The notes below the pieces were generated by a model. That model searched no databases and had not been told where the DNA came from. It was given only the letters and a program-made list of their open reading frames with translations. A stretch of DNA of 64,000 nucleotides from Octopus sinensis (taxonomy: Eukaryota): positions 1-64,000 of the forward strand of contig NW_021833229.1 of the NCBI RefSeq assembly GCF_006345805.1, given 5' to 3'. A program made the position numbers and the translations under genes. Positions within the stretch are counted from its first letter, which is position 1. Each line of letters begins with the position of its first letter. This document shows, one piece after another, positions 52,291 through 64,000 of the stretch.

Positions 52291-52540
52291 CGTTTAACGT
52301 CCGTTTTCCGCGCTAGCACGGGTTGGACGGTTCGACCGGGGTCTGGGAAGCCAGGGGCTGCACCAGGCTCTAGTCTGATCTGGCAGTGTTTCTACAGCTG
52401 GATGCCCTTCCTAACGCCAACCACTCCGCGAGTGTAGTGGGTGCTTTTTACGTGCCACCTGCACAGGTGCCAGTGGGGTCTGGCATCGGCCACGATCGGT
52501 TGGTGCTTTTAACATGCCACCGGCACGGAAGCCAGCCAAG
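52290..52540 (-). mobile_element. RTE-tail retroposon inserted in (AAT)n
   Basis: cgtttaacgtccg..ctacagctggatgcccttcctaacgcc. Confidence 0.85.
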
Positions 52541-52605
<65 letters not shown>

Positions 52606-52622
52606 TAAAAATAATATGATGG

Positions 52623-52653
<31 letters not shown>

Positions 52654-53124
52654 AATGATGATGATGATGGTGGTGGTGGTGGAGATTTATTTTATTTGCC
52701 ACTAGGGTGAAGGATGAAGGACAATGCAAAGACAGACATAAGACTATGGGGGTTTATATATAATAGAATGATAAAAAAAAACAGATTGAAGGAAAAGAAT
52801 ATACGGTATACATTAAAAGAAGGGAAATATACATAGTATACGACACTAAAAAGAAGAAAGAAGAAAAAAGTGATAGTGATGGGGTCCTCCTAATACAGGA
52901 GGACCTCAAGGGATAATCGATGAATTTGAAGTCAGAACTTAACGGGCCGGAAGAAATGTCTCTAAGTCCAGCGTGCTAACGAATCTGCCAGCTCATCGCC
53001 TTAACGATAACAATAACAAATAAATATAAACAATACTAGTCATTATGGTAGTTTTCTCCTCCCTTAGTAATTATTTTTCTTTTACTCTTTACTCTTTTAC
53101 TGTTAAATCACTTTTTAAGGTTAT

Positions 53125-53345
53125 ACTCTCTTTACTCTTTTACACTTTTACTTGTTTCAGTCATTTGACTGTGGCCATGCTGGAGCACCGCCTTTAGTCG
53201 AACAAATCGCCCCCCAGGACTTATTCGTTGTAAGCCTAGTACTTATTCTATCGGTGTCTTTTGCTGAAGCGCTAGTTGCCGAGGACATAAACACACCAGC
53301 ATCGGTTGTCAAGCAATGCTAGGGGGACAAACACACGACACACAA
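53125..53345 (-). mobile_element. SINE family B 3' half
   Basis: Tail and body match 8676-8880. Confidence 0.8.
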
Positions 53346-53574
53346 ACACACACACACATACATACATACATACATACATACATACATACATACATACATA
53401 CATACAAATACATACACACACACATACATACATACATACATACATACATACATACATACATACATACATACATACATACATACATACATACACACACACA
53501 ACATACATACATACATACATACATACATACATACCACTACATACAATTATATATAATTAATATAATAATATTAG

Positions 53575-55096
53575 GGAATAAATCCAAACTTACAGGGAAA
53601 AATTAGATTTAGGATTAAATCCAATTTATAGTATAAATAATTATATTATATTATATATATTAAATTAGAGATAAAACCACTATTAGGCAAATCAAACAGT
53701 GAAAAACATAAGCCAATACATAAAATTAATTTAAAAATATAAAGTTAAAAATAAAAAATTATTATTTAAATAATTTAAACTTACAAATTTTATATATATA
53801 TACAAATATATATATATATGTATGTATATTTTTATATTATATATTATTTTATTTATTTTATATATTATAGATATATATTATTATCAAAAGTATTAAAGTT
53901 TAATAAAAGATAAAGAGTAAAAACACTACGATCGTTTCATGGCTGTACCAATTCGAATAACAATAATTTAAATTCAATAATAATTCGAGTTATGGTTACA
54001 GTCAATCTTCAGGTTAATTGAAATATTTTAAAAATAATCAGAAATATTTAAACAATATTTTTAAGATATAAATAATATAATAATTTACTTATAATAAACT
54101 CTATTATCAAACTAGAAACTTAAAACTTAACAATTATGATTATATCAAAATCGATTATAATGTTAAATATTAATTTTAATTTATAAGGTAGGAAACCCAC
54201 CAATAATCTAATATCGGTAATAGTCTATATCTAATTACATAAATATTTAAAAAAAGAAAAAAATGACTATTATATATAATTATCAATGAAAATATATAAA
54301 TGTATATAAATATTATAATTAAGATCTAAAATAATCTCTATAAATAAATATATGCACATATAATAAAAACCTAATAAATTAATTTTTCATATTTAAAGAT
54401 GAAATAGCTAATTTCAAAAATACAAACAACAAACTTAAACGAACTTTCGGAAATCTTATGTAAAATACTTATAGAAATAATCAATTCGTAGTTATATAGT
54501 ATCGAATAAATACTTAAATACAATTATCAAGGAAATAACTAGCGAATATCAATTTAAAAAGACAATAACTAAGTTATGCTATTAAGTTAGACATGGCCTG
54601 GACCAATCTTAGTCGAAACATATCTAGTTATCAAAGTTTATCTTATTTTAATTATAAGAAATTTAAACTACAATTAATACTATTAATACATGATATACAA
54701 AAGCCTAACTTTAGACACCTCGTATGCTTGCTATCAAACAACAAATCTATCGCTAAGTAGTATCTTACGAATAAACTTAAATTAATATCTAATAATATAG
54801 AAAATTACGATAATTAGATCATTACATAAACACGATATTTACATAAGGAAAATATTATTACACCAAAGACTTATAAAATATTAAAATTTACAATTTAAAG
54901 ATCTTTAATATAAATAAATACTTATCTTAGCGAGGTTTTGTAATGAACTAAAATTTTGAATCGGAAAACGTCTTTACAGCGTTTATAAGAATACTCGTGG
55001 AATTACGTTATTAGCAAAGATAAGTATTTATTAATATTTAAGATCTTTAAATTGTAAATTTTAATATTTTATAAGTCTTTGGTGTAATAATATTTT
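53575..55096 (-). mobile_element. AT-rich microsatellite-flanked element with hammerhead and terminal fold-back (non-autonomous PLE-like)
   Basis: Hammerhead at 53922-54016 (- strand CTGAAGA-ttgactgta..tacagccat-GAAA-cgatcg-TA); near-perfect IR 54849-54928 / 55017-55096. Confidence 0.55.
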
Positions 55097-55539
55097 CTAC
55101 ATGTGTGTTAGTGTGTGTGAGTATATATATGCATATATATACGTGTGTGTGTGTGTGTGTATGTGTGTTATACATACAGCCCATTAGCCCCTATGTCAAA
55201 CACATCGTCACTATACAGACTAGTCTATATCTTCTCTCATACGTTTCCCTCTCTTTCTCTCCCTCACGTTCTTCTAAGGCCTTCCAACTCAAACCTTATT
55301 CACTTTAAAGATGGAACTAGTAATCTCCATTATCCTTTACTAGGGATTCTATTCGAAACATTCCCAATAAAACTGATGATTCCTCGATCATGGAAATATC
55401 AAACACATCTATATTTTACACTGGACATTCCTTGGCTTCTCAAAGAAGTAGTAACTATATCTTCGATTAAAGATATTCCACATTTCTTCTTCTCTCTCTC
55501 TCTCTCTCTCTTTTCTCTCTCTCTCTCTGTCTCTCTGTC

Positions 55540-55570
<31 letters not shown>

Positions 55571-55946
55571 GATGCTGGCTTACTACTTAGCTTACATGGA
55601 ATTCTTTACTCAATAACATATGATCCACATGCTTAGCTGTTCTAGAAACAGTTGTAAGAAACTTTACGTATCTATTATAACTACTCTGAACTATATTTAT
55701 ATTATAAAATAAATGTTCTAGAATTATGCTAAATGTTTTGCTTGTTCATTATCTGTTTTAATGTATGTCTACGCACTCAATGGCGAACCACTTCTAACTA
55801 GCTTTGATAGGCAATTTCAGCGCACATCTTTCAGTTGTAGTTCAAACAGGGATTTTAGTGGTAAACCATACTGAGTACTCGGATCACATACCTATTAGAT
55901 TATGTGAATGACGAAGATTATACAATATATATATATATATATATAT

Positions 55947-56021
<75 letters not shown>

Positions 56022-56168
56022 TATATATAAATACAGTGTACATTTAAGCACATAAGAGGTATCCGTCATATGACTACTTTCACGCTAGAAGGAACAGCTA
56101 AAGTCCAAACCACTATTAGGGATAGAAACTCGAAGGGAATGAAAAATAAAAACATTTTCCATCTATCT

Positions 56169-56239
56169 CCTGGACCACAGTTTCTGCCTTTTTTTTTAGC
56201 AAATAAAATAATTTGCTAGGCGAAGTCTTCATCAACAGG
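56169..56239 (-). ncRNA. Hammerhead motif related to the 45849 type, in a (TA)n-flanked element (~56030-56375)
   Basis: - strand cctg-TTGATGA-..gcct agcaaat..atttgct..aggc a-GAAA-ctgtgg-TC-cagg. Confidence 0.5.
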
Positions 56240-56391
56240 TACGCCTAGATTAAACATATAAGTACGAGGCAAATCCAGTATGTGCCTCTTGCTTATACGT
56301 TATAGTTTGTATACATTATACATTGCTTATACATTATAATTTGTATAAAAATTTCTAAAATCTTTATTAACCCTGATATTATATATATATA

Positions 56392-56433
<42 letters not shown>

Positions 56434-56444
56434 TATATATATAC

Positions 56445-56785
56445 ACTCTTTACTCTCTTGTGCTCTTTTACTTGTTTCAGTCATGTGACTATGGCCATGC
56501 TGGAGCACCGCCTTTAGTCGAGCAAATCGACCATGTTACTTATTCTTTGTAAACCTAGTACTTATTCTATCGGTCTGTTTTGCCGAACTGCTAAGTTACA
56601 GGGACGTAAACACACCATCGGTTGTCAAAACAAGCATCGGTTGTCAAAACAAGCATCGGTTGTCAAGTGGTGTTGGGGGGACAAACACAGACACACAAAC
56701 ATATACACTCACATACATATATACGACGGGCTTCTTTCAGTTTCCTTCTACCAAATCCACTCACAAGGCTTTGGTCGGCCCGAGT
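56445..56785 (-). mobile_element. SINE family B with internal triplicated 19-bp unit
   Basis: catcggttgtcaa(aacaag) repeated three times at ~56616-56666. Confidence 0.8.
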
Positions 56786-57346
56786 CTTGTTTGTGTATTA
56801 TGTTTGTTATTCTATTTAACAGAAAACAGATGAATAGTGCAATACACCATTTTCATTGAAAAGAAAAAAGAAAAATTAAGGCATAATATTTTACTTGTGT
56901 TTCACTAGTACTACTCTTTCTCATACCTTAACAATGCACATGCAGCAAAGATAATTTGGGTTGAGAGTTATGGCACTTTATGGCAACGATAATAATACCG
57001 CCGGGGACGATAATAACGATAACGATGACGGTAATAGTGTCGGCAACGGTGGCGATGACGATAACGACGACAACGACGACGACGAGGAGGAGGAGGAGGA
57101 TGCAGACGATGACGAGGAGAGGAAGAGGAAGAGGATTAGGAGGACGACGATGACAGTTACAGAGATAGGTAATGATAAGAAGAATGCCAAGTGTCGACAA
57201 TGTCTTTGAAATTTAAAATAACCCACTCCTCCCTTTCTATTTTTTGTCTCACGCGTATTGCGTGCGCACACGCGCGCACAAACACACACACAAATACACA
57301 CGCACACACATACACCCATATATATTTACATTGTGTTTTTGCATAT

Positions 57347-57387
<41 letters not shown>

Positions 57388-57550
57388 CGCGCGCATGTAT
57401 ATATGTATGTACATGTTTGAAGAACGAGTAAAATATAGAACAAAAGAAGAAAAGTTAAAAAAATATTTAAAATATTGTGGTTCTAGAAGTGAAATAGATT
57501 GAAATGAAATTCCTTTGGTAATTCAAGTCAAATTTCGTTATTCGTTTGCT

Positions 57551-57920
57551 ATACATACATACATACATACATACATACATACATACATACATACATACAT
57601 ACATACATACATACATACATACATAAATACATACATACATACATACATGCATGCATGCATGCATACATACATACATACATACATACATGCATGCATACAT
57701 ACATACATACATACATACATACATACATACATGCATACATACATGCATACATACATACATACATGCATACATACATACATACATACATACATACATACAT
57801 ACATACATACATACATGCATGCATGCATACATACATGCATCCATGCATACATACATACATAATGCAGGCAGACAGACATACACACACACATACATACATG
57901 CATGCATATATACATACAGA
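57551..57920. repeat. (TACA/TGCA)n microsatellite
   Basis: Read directly. Confidence 0.95.
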
Positions 57921-58111
57921 GAGAGAGAAGGGAAGGAGAAAGAGCGAAACAAGAATATGTGTGTGTGTGTGTGCGTATGTGTGCGTGTGTGTGTGTGTGT
58001 GCGTATGTGTGCGTGTGTTTACGCGCGTGTGTGTGTGTGTGTGTGTGTGCATAATATGAATAATAGACGAAAAATAAAAATGAATAGCAGTAAATAAAAA
58101 ATAATAAATAC

Positions 58112-58178
<67 letters not shown>

Positions 58179-58791
58179 GTGCTAATAGTAATAATAATAA
58201 AAGACATTATGGCTTTCAGAGTAAAATATAATATTTCATTTTGGTTTCGTGATGATAAAGAAAATGGATAGCACTTAAGAGCATCATATTTGAATCACAT
58301 ACGTATACACGGAATAACTCACACACACACACACACAGACACAACAACAACAACAACAACAACAACAACACATACCCACACATAGACACGCATGCACATA
58401 TATAATATATATATATATATATGAAGATAAATTAAATCGTAAAAATTCAAGGAATCGTATCTGTGGAAGCAGACTGAGTTTTGTAGAAATGTAATCATGT
58501 GTAAATGTCTGAGAAAAGATAGCATTAAAAAAAAAAAATGTGGCGTTGATGGAGATGAAGAAAGAGGAGGAAGAGCAGAATGGTGGGGAGGGGGAGGGGT
58601 CGTCGGGAGAAAATGGTAAAAATTCCTTACGCCTGAATAAATCGATGTTTATCTAATATATAGGTTTGTAGGTCTTTGTTGAGAATTCCGTCTGTCGAAA
58701 GTCAATTCTCCACAGAAACAATTCTGAGGAATATTGTCATTTCCCCGATGGCCGACGAGAAAAAATAAAAGAGATATAAAAATTAACAAGA

Positions 58792-59155
<364 letters not shown>

Positions 59156-60037
59156 AGGATTCTGGATTATTTGTTATATTTACTTTACTTTACATTACGA
59201 AGTATTACGATCTTACGTTCACATTCAAGTCTTTCTCTGATTATCTCCCTTGAAAGCACGATCATGGTTTCCACACAAGTTATGGCGGCGTAGCTGTTTC
59301 CAAAGTTTTATTTCCATTTCTCTATTGTTAATTCCACTCGCGTCTCTATCTTAGTAGAAACTGATGGATAAAGAAATCAAACTACATAAACAAACAACAG
59401 CAAAACCGTTCAGAAATTAAATAACACTAACATATTCAGTAGCAGTAATAAATATAATTTATCCTCGACGATTTTTAGTTTTACCAATTTTGAATATATC
59501 TCTCCTATTTAAAACCTCTTACCTTCTTGACATTTGCTTTTCTAGCTCTACCTTTTTGTGCGCAACGATGTTGTTAAACCTCCGTTAACAGTCCTTTCCG
59601 TTTTCTTTTGCGCACGGCTACATTTTTCACTATAGATTTTAATGGTCGCAAAGACACTACTATCGGTGGAAAGGCTAAAAAAAGGCCTTCATAGAGAAAA
59701 CTGTCCTTGTTCCCACTGCAGACGACACACAGCATTACAAAAACGGACCGCACACTCACCTTCACATTCCATGACTACCACTAGGATCGATCAGGAACCG
59801 AGCAAAGATTCTGGATTATTTTTTCCTGTTTTTTTTACTTAATTTTTGAGAGCGGTCGGGTTTATTTTTAGTATTCTCGTTTGTGAGTCGAGTTTATTTA
59901 AGATATTCTCATTTTAAAAATCATCCCCGGCTAATCGGTGAGAGGACATTGGTGTTACCTTGGCGGAGATTTGCGCATTATGAGTGCTCTTATTATTATT
60001 GTTGTTGTCGTCGTCGTCGTCGTCGTTGTTGTTGTTG

Positions 60038-60080
<43 letters not shown>

Positions 60081-60660
60081 TAAGGCGGCGACCGAATATA
60101 ATCATTAGCGCACCGGACAAAATGCTTAGCGGCATTTCATCTGACTTAACGTTCTAAGATCGAATGCTGCCGAGATCGACATTGCCGTTCATCCTTTCAG
60201 GGTCGATAAAATGAGTATCAGTTAAGTATTAGGGTAAATATAATAGACTAAATCCCTTCCCGTAAATTTCAGGCTTTGTGCCTTTAGTAGGAAGGATGGC
60301 GGCATTTCATCTGTCTTTACGTTCTAAGTTTAAATTCCGCGCTGATCAACTTTGCCTTTCATCCTTTCTCGACCGATAAAAATAATTAGCAGTTGTAATC
60401 GACATGCCCTCAACCCGGAAATTGCTGGCCTTGTGCCAAAATGAGAAAGAATTATTACTGGTAGAATCGTTAGCACGCCGGACAAAATACTTTGCAGCAT
60501 TTCTTCTGACTCTTTACATTCCGAGTTCAAATTCCGCCGAGGTCGATTTTGCCTTTCATCTTTTCTGTGTCGGTAAAATGAGTAGCACTCAATTATTGGG
60601 GTCGATGCAATCGACTAGTCCCTTCAAAACTTCTGTTCACATATCTATAGTTGAAAAAAA
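60081..60660 (+). mobile_element. Three tandem Nin-like SINE copies
   Basis: gcc(g/t)ttcatc(c/t)tttc..cg(a/g)taaaa repeated at ~60185, 60355, 60551. Confidence 0.8.
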
Positions 60661-60759
60661 AAATTATTGTTACTTTTACGTTGTAATCGCCTCTGCTTTC
60701 TGCCTAAAATGAGTGGCATTGTACCAACATTAGATATTGTGTTATTATGATTATTCGAC

Positions 60760-61680
60760 GACTACGCGGTGCACGTATCTATTGATCTACTCAGATCAGA
60801 TCACTCCCCTGTGTTGTTTCGGAAATGCCTCGATCTAAAGTTACAGACAATCTTCCTAGACCAGGCTATTAAGTGAACAGCAACAAAAGCAGTGCCTTCA
60901 AATTAAGGGCCATTTATGATTCAAATATGAGGAGCCATAGGATTTCTGCAAGCACATAGAAGCGTTCTTGGGGGTCGTATCGATCTTTAATGCAGTTGTG
61001 GGGGCTTTTTGTCTGGTAGAAAAATTCCATAGCTCGTCGAGCTATCTCATTGATCGAGCTATAATTCTTGGTCAAGCAAAAGACACAACAATTCACCAAG
61101 TATCTGGAATGCTATTAGTCACTCACAAGCCTCTACAACCAATGAACTTTCTAGCTTTTTATCGAGGAAAATAGTAAAGAAGTGTTGTAGCAGATCTATC
61201 TGATCTGTTTGAGAGGATTTTCGGTCCAAGGACTGTGGATAACTTCCACAGTCACTAGTCCGGGTGTGCTATTGAAGGAAATCGGTGGTTTGTGGAAAAC
61301 TTTACGACTTCACCATTACCGATAGAGGACCTGTCTGACGTGGATACAATGACAAAACGGGTTCTGTACACGATTGTTTAGCGCCTGGGTATTACTGTAC
61401 TGCGGTATAGGGCAGATCTAGTTATCGACCGAGTCTGTCGTGAAGTTCAACTCACTACCCTTCTTTTGTCGGAAATGGCAAGTTGTTTGTCTCAAATAGC
61501 TATGGCGAAAAAGGTAATATGGTGGACGCAACAGAAAGGACTATTGTTAGATATTTTCTCCTTCGGTCAAGCTCTCATTGACTTTTCAGGATCCACTTAG
61601 AAAAGGAGAGGAGTGTATAAAGTGGGGTGATGTCTAACAGTAAATTTATCAAAAGATGAGTAACAGTTGCGAACACAGAC
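60760..61680 (+). mobile_element. Degenerate Tx1/L1-like LINE 3' region
   Basis: Resembles decayed C-terminal region of 33200-33870; no intact ORF. Confidence 0.4.
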
Positions 61681-61826
61681 TGAGTGATTGTACCTGTAAG
61701 CAGGTGTGCTCTTGCTGTTGGTTTCAATGTTGGGTGTATATGTGTACGTGCGCGCGCGCATCTAGCATCAATATATGTATATATAGATCTTATACACACA
61801 TACACACACGCACACACACACGCGCG

Positions 61827-61893
<67 letters not shown>

Positions 61894-61998
61894 TACATTT
61901 ATATATGTACGTATAGATATTCACATATACATACATGTATCTCACCATCAAATCAGATGTCAACTGCCAAAGTAACCCCTCTTCGCACACTTTCTTAT

Positions 61999-62385
61999 TT
62001 CTTTATTGCCTGCAAGGGGCTAAACATAGAGGTGACAAACAAAGACAGACAAAGGGATTAAGTCGATTACATCGATCTCAGTACGTAACTGGTGTTTAAT
62101 TTATCTACCCCGAAAGGATGAAAGGCAAGGTCGACCTCGGCGGAATTTGAGCTCAGGGCGTAGCGGCAGACGAAATACCTATTTCCTTACTACCCACAAG
62201 GGGCTAAACACTGAGAGGACAAACAAGGTCAGACAAACGGATTAAGTCGATTATATCGACCCCAGTGCGTAACTGGTACTTATTTAATCGACCCCGAAAG
62301 GATGAAAGGCAAAGTCGACCTCGGCGGAATTTGAACTCAGAACATTTCGCCGAGCGTGCTAACGTTTCTGCCAATTTGCCGCCTT
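61999..62385 (-). mobile_element. Dimeric Nin-like SINE
   Basis: Two bodies in tandem within one TSD cacactttcttat (61986-61998 / 62388-62400). Confidence 0.85.
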
Positions 62386-62940
62386 CACACACTTTCTTAT
62401 ACTCCAGATTTTCCACCACCTTCTATAATTCACTGTGACCACAGTCCAGTTGTGCAACCAGGCTCACAGGTTGTGAGTCATCTGTCTGCACGAATCATTC
62501 CATCCATTTACTAATGATTCGCATCAGCTGTCGCACTTGATAGTCTCTCCACCGTGTAGTGTTTGCCTTCAATGCTGGTTTCCCCTTCTTTAAACTTATT
62601 CATGCCTCTCTGCACATTCTTCTCGCTTTAACATTTTTACAGTTCGTCTTCGTAAGAATTTCAGCGTGAAGCACACAGTCACACTAAATATTTCTTAGAA
62701 GGAACTGCTGGTAACCCATGTAGACATACTCAAAAGATATAAGGTGACGGTTATAAGCTAAACTTCACAGTTATACAAGAGAGTGGTGACACAGAATACT
62801 TTGGTAAATGACGATTTTTGAGGAAGAATTGACGTTCTTGTTTGGAAAGACTGAACTGACGTCTTCAAAAGCAGTCAATGCCTGTTTGATCCCAAATGAT
62901 GTTGGTAATGCTGCCATTCTCGGCGGGCGGGAATGCTCTC

Positions 62941-62974
62941 TATACATACATACATACATACATACATACATACA

Positions 62975-63007
<33 letters not shown>

Positions 63008-63178
63008 GCCTACGTACGTACATGCACACATACATACATACATACATACATACATACATACATACATACATACATACATACATACGTACATACATACGTA
63101 CATACATACATACGTACGTACATACACACATACATACGAACGTACATACATACATACGAATATGCATACATACATACA

Positions 63179-63230
<52 letters not shown>

Positions 63231-63255
63231 TACGTACGTACATGCATGCATACAT

Positions 63256-63286
<31 letters not shown>

Positions 63287-63418
63287 TACATACATACATA
63301 CATACATACATACACACATACATACATATATATATATATACGTACGTACGAACATGCACACATACATACATACATACATACATACATACATACATACACG
63401 CATACATACACGCATACA

Positions 63419-63454
<36 letters not shown>

Positions 63455-63501
63455 TATATATACGTACGTACGTACATGCATGCATGCATACATACATACA
63501 T

Positions 63502-63532
<31 letters not shown>

Positions 63533-63797
63533 TACATACATACATATATATATATATAATATATATACGTACGTACGAACATGCACACATACATACATAC
63601 ATACATACATACATACATACATACATACATACATACATACATACATACATACATACACGCATACATACACGCATACATACATACATACATACATACATAC
63701 ATACATACATACACGCATACATACACGCATACATACATACATACATACATACATACATACATACATACATACATACATACATACATACATACATACA
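62941..63797. repeat. (TACA)n compound satellite with higher-order tacgtacg/aacatgc units
   Basis: Read directly. Confidence 0.95.
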
Positions 63798-63945
63798 CCC
63801 ACATCATAAGCTGCTGTCCGAAAATATCACGTTATTATCAACCGGTGAGACATGACCTCGTAGTCGAAACACTATACAATGAGATCCGTCGGAAAGATAA
63901 TCATGAGAGCAAACTTATATGAACATCCAGTGCAGTCGAGATCAT
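63798..63945 (+). mobile_element. RLE retrotransposon fragment (same family as 3950-4200)
   Basis: THIISCCPKISRYYQPVRHDLVVETLYNEIRRKD. Confidence 0.75.
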
Positions 63946-63952
63946 AACTATA

Positions 63953-64000
63953 TCTCTATATATATATATATATAAACGGCAGTTTGTCTGTGTGTGTTTC
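63953..64000 (+). mobile_element. Probable Helitron 5' end running off the window
   Basis: TC(ta)n-aaacggcagtttgtctgtgtg resembles the 5' end of the 42397-42910 Helitron. Confidence 0.45.

Noticed and set aside
53575-55096. Mitochondrial insertion (NUMT) suggested by extreme AT content
   Set aside because: No recognisable mitochondrial rRNA, tRNA or protein motifs; hammerhead and fold-back fit a PLE-like element better
56961-57209. 82-aa acidic ORF with RKRKR and CxxC
   Set aside because: Built from GAC/GAG/GAT triplet repeats; no splice or homology support
62771-63855. Overlapping 208-343 aa ORFs on both strands
   Set aside because: (TACA)n satellite artefacts

Overview
Eukaryotic, AT-rich, microsatellite-dense genomic DNA. 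The SINE families, (TA)n/(TACA)n/(ATT)n load and LINE mix look like an octopus (coleoid cephalopod) genome; this is inferred from pattern recognition, not a search. There is one credible host coding exon (15113-16723, +). It is the terminal exon of a low-complexity Ser/Asn/Pro-rich protein carrying IPLRQRDLPASFWQEP, a close match to the YAP/FAM181-type TEAD-binding omega-loop. The rest is mostly transposon debris: several tRNA-derived SINE families, RTE, R4/Dong-like (RLE) and Tx1/L1-like LINE fragments, a decayed hAT/Buster transposase, a mariner fragment, MITEs, a Helitron and a Penelope-like remnant. The main hidden signal is about a dozen minimal type I hammerhead-ribozyme motifs in short elements embedded in (TA)n tracts. 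The best case is a 398-bp head-to-tail repeat (45577-46488) with one hammerhead per unit, the architecture of a non-LTR retrozyme that could yield a circular RNA. There is also an apparent CpG-depletion boundary near 29.5 kb. Almost all ORFs in the supplied track are microsatellite artefacts. Boundaries of decayed repeats are approximate.
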